The position numbers and the translations under genes were made by a program. From the NCBI RefSeq assembly GCF_011386835.1, contig NC_088803.1, positions 17,670,001 through 17,734,000 of the forward strand: a stretch of DNA of 64,000 nucleotides, in the 5' to 3' direction. Of this stretch, positions 23,482-36,252 are shown piece by piece (positions within the stretch are counted from its first letter, which is position 1; the number at the start of each line of letters is the position of its first letter). Origin of the DNA: Chrysemys picta bellii. Lineage: Eukaryota. The notes below the pieces were generated by a model, which was not told the DNA's origin, ran no database searches, and saw only the letters and a program-made list of their open reading frames with translations.

Positions 23482-24278
23482 CAGGCCACCCGGTCGAGAG
23501 ACACCCCCTTCCCCCCTCCGGGATTCCTGTGGAAATGTTTCTCTGGCTGCTTTCTACAGCAATACATTTGGTACCAGCCCTGATTGCGCCCTGCTGCATT
23601 TCTGGCTGCAGCGTGCTGGAAATGGGGGGCAGGGCTGCTGAGTCAGGAGCCTGGCTGCCCCCTACAGGGGGGTGTTTTCCCCCAATTAGGCTAGGGCATG
23701 GGGGCTTGAGATACAATGTCGCGACTCTCTCGCCCTCATCCAGCCCCATGGACAACCCAGAAGCAGTAACACAAGGGTGGGGGCCTGGGGCCTGATAGAT
23801 CCCAAGGGACGGGGTAGGGGGGACGGGGTAGGGGGGACGTGTCTCTGGCCTCTTAGCCCCCCCTCGCTCTGGGGGAGGGGCTGGGCCGGGACCTGCTGGG
23901 ACAGGAAAGGCCTTGTTCTTTGCAGCTCAGCAGGCGGCTTTATTGTGTCATCTCCGCTCATATGGGTCAGGGTTCAGCCTTGTCCCCCCGCAGACAGGCC
24001 CACTCCAGGAAATAGACGTTGCCCAGGATGTCGCCCACGGCCAAGAGCAGCTGGGAGGCAGGAGACAGGAGCAGCGCAATGGAACTGCCCCAGCTGCAGA
24101 GAGAGAACCAGGGATCAGAGAGCCTGGGGCTGCGGGTGGGGAGTGAGGGGCACTGGAAGAGCTGGGGGAGCCCAGGGCTGGGTTGGCAGGGGGCTGTGGG
24201 TTGGAGTGAGGAGCATCGTTTCACGCCACCCACCAGTCTCCCCGTGGCGTGCTTCCAGATCTTGAGGTCTCCATCCAG

Positions 24279-24399
24279 TGTTGTACTCAAAGTACTGCAC
24301 AGGATCTTTTCAGGGGGAATAAGGCAAAACACCACATTTATTAGTAATACATGTATTTATTAACACTGTGTTATATGCATATAATATATTACACTTACA

Positions 24400-24441
<42 letters not shown>

Positions 24442-27400
24442 ATTGTTGTTACCAATTAGTTGCTCCCCTTTACTTCACTGGGCAGGTGAGTTAGATGGGG
24501 GAGGGGGTGGAGCCGGGCTTCTGCCGATCCGGATCGATGCTCCCATGTTGACAAGACGAGACCTGGGGTCCTCTGCAAGACACCTCACTTTTATAGCAGC
24601 TTTCCTCTTATGCAAATCTATACCAGATTCAAACTCTGTGTCTGTGTCCATTGGTCCTTTGTGCTGCTTTCTTCTGAGTGTTGTCCCAATGCTGCAAAGA
24701 GGGTGTTTCCAAAAGAAGGTGCTTGCTTCTAACCCCCGAGGCTGTCAGTATGTCTGCTTGTCTTTAATGAGCCCACTTGACACGTTTTATTGTCCTTGGG
24801 TCTGGCTCCCAGCCCCTCTTCAACAGTTAGGCTGTCTGGAGGTGCTGCCTTCCATGCCTTACTCATCCACACCTCATTCATTCAACAGGGCAATTGATTA
24901 AGAGTGGGGGGAGGGGGGGAGAGCTCTTGTTCTACTGCTAGCAAAAAGAAATTTTTCTTCTATATTATTCTATCCTTAGGGGCTATAATATTATACCAAG
25001 GGCAATGCAAAGTTTCCAAATGAGGCTTTGATACAAAGTCCCATGAAACAGAGGTCACACGTGGGTAGACCCACCACAAGGTTATATGAAGAGGCACAAT
25101 GTAGAGTTATGTGAAAATTATCAGAGATTGATCTACATTGTCCCCCTTTTGACCTCTCAAGAACAATTCTTGAGTGGTCACCATATAAATCTTTTGTATT
25201 TGTTGCAAACAAACCAAACAATTATAACCAGGTGAATATAACTAAAACCATTACAATTGACTAAACACCAGATATAACATAAACACAAATGCAAACAATT
25301 ATAATTATAATAATTGGAAATACAACAAAACCATTACCATTACAATAATTGGGTACATTGACAAACAAAATGAGGCCCAAGTTTGATGCTGCAATAGCCA
25401 TCAAACAATAAAAGTCACTGAGGTCAGGACCTTCTTAAGCACACACAACAAATAAGATTTTGTAGGAGTACCACAGTTGTTATGCAAGGTTAAGCTGATT
25501 TGGACTTAAACTAACATTCAGTTGCTAAAATGTTGTAGAATTCCCTATTTTTAACAGTTGTTCTCAGAGGTTTTTGGGGACCTGAAAGATGGGGCCATAC
25601 AATTATGGGCCAAGGTCTTACAGGTTATGGGGGCCCAAGAACTACCCTTCAGGGCTTGGGGAAATAGAACCAGAGTGCATAGAGGAAAGTGTGGAATTAA
25701 TAATAATACAAGCAAATGTAACTAACAATACAAATGTATTAAGAACAAAAATCAACACCAAAATGATTATTAGAGAACCTAACAAAACAAAATAACCTGA
25801 TGCACTGGGGACCAAAGTCTTTTGGACACAAGGGGTGATTGATAAGTTGGAGGGAGATGGGGGAAGTAGAGAGAGGAAAAGACATTTGCCCTGTCTAGTG
25901 TAGTATCCCCTCTTTTTCTAGACCCAATGCTAGCACAGGACACCACTAGAGACAGACACAGAACATGCAACACAGAACACTGAACACAGACTTTGTCATG
26001 ACACTATAACCATGGTATTTTATAACTCTTGCTGGTAGCAGCTCTTCTGATGTTCCGGTTCAGAGCCTGAAAGATAGAAGCTTGGAAACAAATTAGCACA
26101 GTGCTTCCACCATGGCAGAACCTGCTTGGTCTCTGCCACAGTGTGTTTGGTACTTGGGGCTGAACAAATGCTAATTAAGTGGTGCATTTTTTTGAGAGTG
26201 TAAATCCTCCCTTTTTCCCAGTAAAAGGGCGTTAACACTCCATCTAGAAAAAAAAATTCTGTTTTAAAATCTCCAGCCATTTTGCCATGGCCTGGAGATC
26301 TGAGGCAGAAGCAGGCACTGTTAACTGTTTCAATGGCATTTTGGCCCAGGGAGGAGGAATTTACCCAAATATCCCCCTTCCCAATCTCCAGAGGGGTCCC
26401 AAACGTCTGCCCCCTTCTGGGGTCTCAAATGTTTTTTCTCCTGATGTTACTGCTGCTGTAAGATTTGAGAGTGCTGTTTTAACTCTCTGTACCCAACCTG
26501 TTTTTCAGTTTCTTTATCTGTTGCTTGCCTGGGCCCGATCCTGCTTTTTTCAATAAACAGTTCCTTTCCATGGGCACAAGCCTTGTTCCACTACCAATTT
26601 AGCAAGGAGGGTGGGCTTTCCAACTAGCCCCCACCCTTCCTGGTCCCATTCCTTAAACATTTTCTTCAAAATTGTGAAATTACCACAATATTACTTACAA
26701 AAAAACTAAACAAACATAAACCACACTACACTGTCCAAACTCCTATATCCTTCAGAGTTTGGTTTAACAGAATAAGATCTGTATCTTATGTTTTTAACCC
26801 ACTCTGGGCCAGAGGGAGAGACGCTAAGCCTCCCTCTGTATTGCTCGGCCTGCTACCACCGAGGGTTCATACACCAATTATACAAATCCTTCCCCGGATC
26901 AGAGTGAGAAACACTAAGTTCTCCTCTTTAGCTCAGTCTTGCTACGGCTGAGAGTGTATGTGCCTTTATAACACAATTTAAACCTAAACTCCTATATCCT
27001 TCAGAGTTTGGTTAATCCTTCCCCGGATCAGAGTGAGAAACACTAAGTTCTCCTCTTTAGCTCAGTCATGAACACAATTTAAACCTAAACTCCTATATCC
27101 TTCAGAGTTTGGTTAATTAACTGAAAGTTTATGCTCTTTTTCCTATAGTGCCAGGCTTGCTAAAGCTGGCGGTGTGCACACCAATTTTATAATAACTGTG
27201 GATTCTATGCTTGCTCCCGCTTTCGCATTCTCCACCAAAATGTTATACTCAAAGTACTGCACAGGATCTTTTCAGGGGGAATAAGGCAAAACACCACATT
27301 TATTAGTAATACATGTATTTATTAACACTGTGTTATATGCATATAATATATTACACTTACACTCATACACACACAAACACACTCCGTCTTGTTGTTACCA

Positions 27401-28080
27401 ATTAGTTGCTCCCCTTAACTTCACTGGGCAGGTGAGTTAGATGGGGGAGGGGGTGGAGCCGGGCTTCTGCCGATCCGGATCGATGCTCCCATGTTGACAA
27501 GACGAGACCCAGGGTCCTCTGCAAGACACCTCACTTTTATAGCAGCTTTCCACTTATGCAAATCTATACCAGATTCAAACTCTGTGTCTGTGTCCATTGG
27601 TCCTTTGTGCTGCTTTCTTTTGAGTGTTGTCCCAATGCTGCAAAGAGGGTGTTTCCAAAAGAAGGTGCTTGCTTCTAACCCCCGAGGCTGTCAGTATGTC
27701 TGCTTGTCTTTAATGAGCCCACTTGACACGTTTTATTTTCCTTGGGTCTGGCTCCCAGCCCCTCTTCAACAGTTAGGCTGTCTGGAGGTGCTGCCTTCCA
27801 TGCCTTGCTCATCCACACCTCATTCATTCAACAGGGCAATTGATTAAGAGTGGGGGGGGGGAGAGCTCTTGTTCTACTGCTAGCAAAAAGAAATTTTTCT
27901 TCTATATTATTCTATCCTTAGGGGCTATAATATTATACCAAGGGCAATGCAAAGTTTCTAAATGAGGCTTTGATACAAAGTCCCATGAAAACAGAGGTCA
28001 CACGTGGGTAGACCCACCACAAGGTTATATGAAGAGGCACAATGTAGAGTTATGTGAAAATTATCAGAGATTAATCTACA
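24279..28080 (-). mobile_element. Non-autonomous LTR retroelement (ERV-like), 3.8 kb. LTRs 24279-25137 and 27241-28080; 4-bp TSD CCAG
   Basis: Near-identical ~850-bp direct repeats with TG...CA ends. Minus-strand PBS TGGTGGAGAATGCG at ~27224-27237 (complementary to the tRNA-Ala 3' end, from recall). PPT aaaagggggacaa next to 25138. CCAG at 24275-24278 and 28081-28084. Internal region is ~2.1 kb with no long ORF and a hydrophobic env-TM-like remnant at ~25200-25380. Confidence 0.92.
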
Positions 28081-29079
28081 CCAGCGCTGCCGTCACTAGC
28101 ACATCCCCGCAGCTGTGCAGCGCAGTGACCTTGGAACTGTGGATCTGAGGGGCACAGGCCGTGAAGGGGTTAACGTGTAGGAACAGGAGGCCCCTGCCCC
28201 AGCCCAAAGGGGTTGCGGGATCGGCTGACCTGAGGGTTCACCCCAGCCTCAGTGCTTCCAGGGAAGAGAACGAACCCTCCGACCCCCGGAAGCTGACCTG
28301 AGGCTGCGGCCAGCCCGCACCGAGCTCAGCAGGGGCCAAGCCCCTCACAAGGATGGGGATAACTCTCTGTCATTCGTTGCGCTGGGTGTTAACCCTGAAC
28401 CCTGCTGACCACGCCGATGACACGCAAGGAGGGAAACATCCGCACCCCACCCAGTGCAGCAGACTGGGCTGCTGCCAGCAGGGAAGGAGGGATGGGCCCT
28501 GCCGGGACAGGGTCCCCAACAGAGACAGGCCCAGCCAGGGCGTGCTCACCCACTGCTCCAGGACTCGGCTGCATCATCCTCCTCACTCCACAGAGCCTGA
28601 GTCCAGAGCATCCCGTCAGAGCGGGTGAGGAGCAGGGATGAGTCTGCGAAGGGACAGAGCTGAACCTCCCGACTGCCCCTCATGCCCAACCCAAAGCCCC
28701 TGCTAGCCCTGCCCCCATACACTCCCGACCCGCAGCCCCCTGCTAGCCCCCCTCATTCCTGACCCGCAGCTCTGTGCCAGGACTCACCTGGGCTGAGCCA
28801 GGCCCTGCTGAACCAGCTGGAATCGGCGTCCTCATCCCGCTCCCAGAGGCGGATCTTGGCCTCCCGGGATTTCTCCAGTTCCTCCGACTCCCCCACCCTC
28901 TACAGAGCAAACAACACTGGTGTGGGCACCTGGATTCCTGGGTTCTCTGCCGGCTCGGGGAGAGGAGGGGCCTAGTGGGGGGGGGGGGAAGGGGACTGGG
29001 CGCCCGGACTCCTGGGTTCTCTGCTGTGGGGCCTAGTGTGCTGGAGGGAGGAGGGGGTGGGGGTGGGGCTGGGCACCAG

Positions 29080-29497
29080 TGTTGAGTCTGAACTTTTGAT
29101 GAGCTTAAACTTAACCCAGACTTGATGTCTCTGTCTGAACTTTTACCCAAAGCTCTGACCTGCGAACTACTCATGACACCCCCCTCCCCTTAAGTAGCCA
29201 TCTCCCCTTTTCTCTTTCTGAATTTACATTTTAACCTGTTTTATCCTGTAGAATCTTGATTGATTATACATGACCATTATGATCTGTTAATCACTTTGTT
29301 TACTTCTGTGTATAAATATTGATGCTCACCCCTAATAAACTTGCCACACTTACTCTGAAGCTTTTCAAGCTAAGGATAGTGTGAGCCCATTGATCAACGA
29401 ATTGGTGTCTGGTCTCTGACAGATTGTGAGCCCCATACTAACTCCGCACGAACTCGGGTGCTGGAGAGGTGAGTAAGGACTTGCTTTTTACCTAACA
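29080..29497 (+). mobile_element. Solo LTR, 418 bp, 4-bp TSD CCAG
   Basis: AT-rich insert tgttgag...cctaaca with tataaata and aataaa. CCAG at 29076-29079 and 29498-29501. Removing it restores the common gggcaccaggacgcctgggttct motif. Confidence 0.8.
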
Positions 29498-31399
29498 CCA
29501 GGACGCCTGGGTTCTCTGCCAGCTCTGGGAGGGAGTGGGGCCTGGCGCATTGGGGAGAGGGGGACAGGGCTCGGTGCCCAGATTCTGGGGTTCTCTGCCC
29601 AGTCACTCACCAGTTCGTACAGGGTGGGTTCTTTCACCCCCTTCCACAGAAGAAGCCGCCCATCTGGGGTCACAGCCACATCAAACAGGTACTCAGGGGG
29701 GTCTGGAACCCAGGCGTCCGGGCTGACTAAGCTACAGGGGCAGAGACGAGAGTCAAACCCAGGAACGTAGGGGGCTGCCCCCCCCAATCCCCCATTCACC
29801 AGAGGAGCTGCAGGGCCCCCCAACCTCCCCCATTCACCAAGGGAACTGCAGGGACCCCCCCTGAACCCCTCACTCACCGAAGGAGCCACAGGCGCACACA
29901 CACACCCCACCTCCCGACTCACCAGAGGGGCTTCAGCACCTCCCTCCTGCTCCCCATCTCGCCCACTCCATCTGTCTTCCCCTCTCTCCTCCCCTGCCTC
30001 CCACCACACCCCCCAGCCTCAGGGAGCAGCCCCATCTCTCCACCACCACCCCCCGCAACATACCTGCACCGTGGCCAGGGACTTGGCCTCCCCCCACACA
30101 ATCAGCTCCCCACACTCCCCGCCTGACACCGCCAGTGTCCCGTCGGGAGACCAGGCAAGAGCAGAGATGGCCCCACGGTGCCAGCCGGGACCCTTGACAC
30201 ATCCTGCCAGGAGAGAGACAGGCTGGGAGCCAGGACTCCTGGGTTCTCTCCCCTGCTCTGGGAGGGGAGTGGGATCTGGTGGGTTAGAGCAGGGGACACT
30301 GGGAGCCAGGACTCCTGGGTTCTCTCCCAACTCCGGGAGGGCAGTGGGGTCTAGTGGTTAGAGCAGGGCTGGGAGCCAGGACTTCTCTGGCTTCAGGAGG
30401 GAAGGGGTATCCGGTGAAGCAGTCTCTTACCCATTTGCCAGGGCGCTGCCCACACGTGCACAGCACCATCTCCTGACACTGTCAGGACGCGGGCAGCAGC
30501 CGGGCTCACGGCAGCACCACACACCGGGGCACTGTGCCCCACCAATGCCCGCGGGCGGCCGAACTGCAGGCAGGAGAGAGAAGTTAGTGGGGGAGGGGCA
30601 GCCAGTGCCCTGGGGCAGGGTCCCCATGGGGGGGGGGAGGGGAATAGCCCCCGGGTCCCATCTCACTTCCAGGGGGCTCCAGAGCTGCACCCGCCCGTCG
30701 CATCCAGCCGTGGCCACCACAAAATCGCCGTATGCAGGAGAAGAGCGACACGGAGAGATGGGCACTGGGGGAGAGCAGGGGGCACTGGGGGTCAGACCCG
30801 CACCGGGGGAGTGGGGGAGCGGCAGTGCCTGCTCACTGGCTCCCACAAAACCAGCGCCCTGGTTCACCAGCCCGGGGTGCGCCGGGAAGCGGGTCAGCTC
30901 CACGCCCAGCATGTCCCATGCTGCCAGCGTCCCATCGCAGACCACCGCCAGCACGCGCCCAGCCTGCGCTGAGGAGGGGGTGAGGGATGGTGCCAGTGCC
31001 CAAGGTGCTCCCCCATGCCTGGCACCGTGCCCCCCCCCTCAGGTATGTACCATGGCCAAGACAGCACTGACAGGGCCGCAGTGGGGTAGGAACTCGCGGA
31101 GCCGCTGGCCGGTTGCCGGGTCCCAGAGCCGCACAGTGCCATTGCTGGAGCAGGACAGCTGCGGGGGCAGAGGAAGGGGACAAGTCAGGGAGGAGCTGCC
31201 CCCCCCGCCTCCCTCCCAACTACCCCCCCACTCACCAGCAGGGGCCCGACCCAAACGCAGCCGCTGAGCTAGTCGCGGTGGCAGAAGGGGAGCGAGCGCC
31301 AGAGGGGGGAGGCTCCCGCTGTGGGGCCCCCCACGTCCCAGCACAACAGGGTCTGCGGGGAAACGGGCTGGTTAGACGAGCAGATACAGCAGGTCTGCT

Positions 31400-33185
31400 C
31401 CCCCCACCTCCCAATGCCCATCTCACAGCATGGCTGCCCCACGCCTGCCCCACACCGCCCCCTAGTGCCCATTTCACAGCACAGCCGACCCACGCCTGCC
31501 CTACACCGCCCCCTAGTGCCCAACACACCACACCGCCCCCTAGTGCCCATCTCACAGCACGGCCGGCCCACACTTCCCCCTAGTGCCCATCTCACAGCAC
31601 AGCCGCCCCACACCGCCCTCTAGTGCCCAACACACCGCACTGCCGCCCCACACTGCCCCCTAGTGCCCAACACACCGCACTGCTGCCCCACACCATCCCC
31701 TAGTGCCCATCTCCCAGCATGGCTGCCCCACGCCTGCCCCACACTGCCCCCTAGTGCCCATCTCACAGCGCAGCCGGCCCACACCGCCCCCTAGTGCCCA
31801 TCTCACCGCATTGCTGCCCCACAACCACCCCTAGTGCCCATCTCACAGCATGGCTGCCCCACGCCTGCCCCACACTGCCCCCTAGTGCCCATCTCACAGC
31901 ATGGCTGCCCCACGCCTGCCCCACACTGCCCCCTAGTGCCCATCTCACAGCGCGGCCGGCCCACACCGCCCCCTAGTGCCCAACACACCGCACTGCCGCC
32001 CCACACCACCCGCTAGTGCCCAACACACCGCACTGCTGCCCCACACCATCCCCTAGTGCCCATCTCCCTGCATGGCTGCCCCACGCCTGCCCCACACTGC
32101 CCCCTAGTGCCCATCTCACAGCACGGCCGGCCCACACTTCCCCCTAGTGCCCATCTCACAGCACAGCCGCCCCACACCGCCCTCTAGTGCCCAACACACC
32201 GCACTGCCGCCCCACACTGCCCCCTAGTGCCCAACACACCGCACTGCTGCCCCACACCATCCCCTAGTGCCCATCTCCCAGCATGGCTGCCCCACGCCTG
32301 CCCCACACTGCCCCCTAGTGCCCATCTCACAGCACGGCCGGCCCACACTTCCCCCTAGTGCCCATCTCACAGCACAGCCGCCCCACACCGCCCTCTAGTG
32401 CCCAACACACCGCACTGCCGCCCCACACTGCCCCCTAGTACCCAACACACCGCACTGCTGCCCCACACCATCCCCTAGTGCCCATCTCCCAGCATGGCTG
32501 CCCCACGCCTGCCCCACACTGCCCCCTAGTGCCCATCTCACAGCATGGCTGCCCCACGCCTGCCCCGCATGGCCCCCTAGTGCCCATCTCACAGCGCGGC
32601 CGGCCCACACCGCCCCCTAGTGCCCATCTCACCGCATTGCTGCCCCACAACCACCCCTAGTGCCCATCTCACAGCATGGCTGCCCCACGCCTGCCCCACA
32701 CTGCCCCCTAGTGCCCATCTCACAGCATGGCTGCCCCACGCCTGCCCCACACTGCCCCGTAGTGCCCATCTCACAGCGCGGCCGGCCCACACCGCCCCCT
32801 AGTGCCCAACACACCGCACTGCCGCCCCACACCACCCGCTAGTGCCCATCTCACAGCACAGCCACCCCTCACCGCCCCCTAGTGCCCAACACACCGCAAT
32901 GCCGCCCCACACTGCCCCCTAGTGCCCATCTCACAGCATGGCTGCCCCACACCACCCCCTAGTGCCCATCTCACAGCACAGCCGCCCCACACAGCCACCT
33001 AGTGCCCAACACACCGCACGCCTGCCCCACACCGCCCCCTAGTGCCCAACACACCGCACTGCCGCCCCACACTACCCCCTAGTGCCCATCTCACAGCACA
33101 GCCACCCCACACCGCCCCCTAGTGCCCAACACACCGCACGGCTGCCCAACACTGCCCCCTAGTGCCCATCTCACAGCACACACAC
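31400..33185 (+). repeat. ~1.8-kb GC-rich minisatellite (~38-41-bp units) in a TEP1 intron
   Basis: Dozens of units anchored on cccctagtgccca(tct/aca)ca. Larger blocks recur, for example 31763-31966 and 32589-32792 (826-bp offset). Confidence 0.97.
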
Positions 33186-36100
33186 CCCTCACCTTGTTCC
33201 TGCCCCCCATGGCAAGGTGCCGGCCGTTGGGGCTGAAGGCGCAGCAGGTGACAGCGGCCGCGTGGCCCTGCAGGACGGCCAGGGGGGCTGGGGAAGGGTC
33301 TGGGAGGGCCCGTCTCAGTGTCTCGGCCAGCCACAGACAGATGGTGAAATCCTCTGGAGGCAGGAGGAAGGCTCAGACTATGGGCTCCAAGACCCCGCCC
33401 CCGCCCACCCCATCCTGCCCCCACCCCATAGTCCTTGGGCACCCCTAGCCTCACCAATGACCCCCAAATCTCCCCCCCACAGATCTGGAAACACCCTGCC
33501 TCCAGCCCCTCCCCACATCCTGCAAGCGGCCCCCGCTCCCGCCATCCGTCCTCCCTGCCCCCAGCCTTACCTGAGGCAGACGCCAGCAGCTGGGACGAGG
33601 CGGCCAGGCCCAGCACGGCCCGCTTGTGCCCCCGCAGCTCCCACAGGGGGCAGGCCATGGTGCTCGCCAGTGCCCAGCCACGCAGGGTCCCGTCCCTGCT
33701 GCCTCCAGCCAGCACAGCATCCCCGAGCCAAGCCAGGCTGGGCACCGCCACACCCCCTACTGGGCAGCGCCACCCGGCCGAGCCTGCGGGGAGAGCGAAG
33801 AGTGACGGGGGCCAACCCCACAGGGAACCCAGGAGTCCTGGCTCTCAACCCCCACCCAACCACAGAACCCAAGACTCCTGGCTGCCCAGAATGGAGGAGT
33901 CCTGGCTCCCAGCACCGCCCACCCCCACCCATTAGATCTAATTTTCCCCCATAAGCTGGGACAGAACCCAGGTGTCTGGGCGCTTACCCCAGGGGGTGCC
34001 ATAGACCCAAACATCATCTGAATGGTGCCCCACAGCGAGTAGGGTGCCGGCGGGGCTGGGGGCCATGCAGAGGGCTGGAGAAAGCGGCCCTGAGCCCAGA
34101 GCGCCCTGGGCACGGCGCAGGTGCCCTGGCCAGAGCTGGACCTGGGCTACAAATCAGGGGTTAGTGCTGTGCTCCCCCCACCTCCACCAGTGCCCCTCAC
34201 TCCCGACCCGCAGCCCCTGCTAGCCCAGCCCCCGTCCCCGCCGGTGCCCCTCATTTCCGACCCGCAGCCCCTTCTAGACAAGCCCTGCCCTCCAGACCTG
34301 CCAGTGCCCCTCAATCCTGACCCACAGCACCTTTGAGTCCTCGCGCGCCGTGAGGAGGACCTGGTCCCCGGAGAGAAACTTGACTTCGGAGACGAAGCCC
34401 TGGTGTGCTGGGAACGTGGCCAGGCTCACGACCTCCCACCAGGACTAAAGATGCACTGTCCCGGACAGGGAGCCGGACGCCAGCATGGTGCCCGCAGGGG
34501 AGAAGGACACGGCGCGGACGGAAGTGTCATGGCCTGAGAGAACCTGCAGGGGGAGCCAGAGTCACAGCCCAGCCTGCCCCATCGGTGCCCCTCACTCCCA
34601 ATCTGCAGCCCCTGCCAGCCCAGCCCTTGGCCCTCAGCCCTGCAAGTGCCCCTCACTCCCGACCCATAGCCCCTCCTAGCACATCCCTGCCCCTCCTGAC
34701 CCATACCGAGCTCACACTCCGGTTCTGCAGGCCCAGGGTGGTCACAGTGCCGTCCCAGCCCCCGGTGGCCACCAGCTGCCCGTCGGGGTGGAAGGCAGCA
34801 CAGTTCAAGGGGCAGGAGAGATCCAGCTCCCAGGTCAGGTGCCCCTGGGCAGAATCCCACAGCTGGGAGGGACAGGAACAGCGGGTCAGAACAGGGGCCA
34901 GGCGCCCGACACCTGGATTCTCTCCTCGCTGGGGGAGGGGAGTGGGGGCTAGTGATTAAAGCGGGGGGGGGGGAGGGGCAGTGACTACAGCCGGTACCTT
35001 CAGGTGCCCATCCAGGGAGACGCTGGCCAGCTGTCTGCGATCAGGGCTGACGCAGCAGCCTGTGACCTAGCCCTGGTGAGCATCAGTAGCCAGGAGCCTG
35101 GAAGGGAGAGAGATTCATGTGGTGTCCCCACCGTTGCCCCCAAAGCCAGCTCCCCCGCTGCCCCCCGGGCCGGACCACAGCCAGCGCCCCCAGAGGGGCA
35201 GCCCCCCTGGCAGTACCTGCTGCCCTCATGCAGGCCCCAGGTCTCCAGTCCCCCAGCGGAGGTGCCCAGGCAGACGGTCCCATCAGCCAGGAAAACGCAG
35301 GCCGAGATTCCAGCGCCACCGCTCAGCAGGGTCTTCAGCTCCTGGGGGAAGGGCGGGGGTGAGACTGCAGAGCCCCCTGCCGGTCCACCAGCTTCCCCTG
35401 CCCCCCAGCTTGTCCAGCCCCCAGCTTGCCCCCGGCCTGTCCCCAGCTCCCCACCTCCCCATCCTGCCCGCCCGCCTCCCCATCCTGCCCCTGCCCCCAA
35501 ACCAACCAGCCCCACAGTGTCCTCCCATGGCAAGAGATCCCCTGAATCTGCCGTGCCCTCTCCCCCGGTACCTAGCCATTCTGCATGTTCAGCAGGTGCA
35601 GGGTCCCATCGGTGCTGCCCACAGCAATCTGGCGCCTGCAGGGGGAGATGGCCACACAGGTGGGGGACGTGGGCAGAGCCAGGGCGACGCTGGGGGTTGG
35701 GGGAGGAGATCAGGGGGGAACGAGGCCCAGGAGCGGACAGGAACCCAGTGCTGCCCACCCCCAGAGCTCGGAGACAGGCAGCACCCCCACCCAGGACACC
35801 GTGCCCCCCAGCTGTCTGGCCATCTCCCCTCCCCCAGTGAAGCCCCCCAGTCCCACAGGGACCCAGCCCCTCCCCTCCCCCAGGGTAGAGATACGCAGCC
35901 CCCCCGACAGGCTCCCAGCCCTGCAGCCCCTCCCACCCAGTCCATGGGACCCACACACCCCATCCCCCCCCAGGTCACAGGAGGGTCCCCCCTAACCAGC
36001 ACAGGCGCCCCAGGCCGTGGACCAACTCAGCTGGGAGCAGGGCCGGAGCCCAGCTGAGTGGGAGCCCTAGAGGGCAGGCGCCCGGGGCCCATGGTGAGGC

Positions 36101-36252
36101 CTGGTGATGAGGCCCAGGTGCTGGGCGGGAGGGGTGATGGGGAGGGGGTCATGGGGAGGAGCAGGTGGACACCTGGGAGGAGGGGCAGGCATACAGAGGC
36201 GGGAGGAAGGGCAGGGGACCTTCCAACCACGGCGGCCCCGTTACCTGTCAGG

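Larger units (their letters stand above)
23967..35689 (-). pseudogene. TEP1: TEP1 pseudogene fragment (only the WD40-repeat 3' exons)
   Basis: Ordered spliced exons match TEP1: VALALPTSPTCVAISPCRRQIAVGSTDGTLHLL; ELKTLLSGGAGISACVFL; TGCCVSPDRRQLASVSLDGHLK; LNCAAFHPDGQLVATGGWDG; EDFTICLW; TLLCWDV; LWDPATGQRLREF; IHSSKVTALH...LDGDLKIWK; LAVGDILGNVYFLEW. In-frame TAG at 35572-35574, 35067-35069, 34445-34447 and 31269-31271. Frameshift in the last exon and an LTR element inside the penultimate exon. No TROVE or NACHT exons were found upstream. Confidence 0.9.

Noticed and set aside
31232-32842. Repeated ~60-110-aa ORFs; direct-repeat array superficially CRISPR-like
   Set aside because: It is a eukaryotic intronic minisatellite with no unique spacers and no cas genes.
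31269-35574. All four TEP1 stops, and the ZNF stop, can be read as CCA>CTA changes, suggesting APOBEC-like editing
   Set aside because: Ascertainment bias: TGG>TAG forces this context, and a C before CAG is common in GC-rich DNA. Ancestral codons are only inferred from human TEP1.
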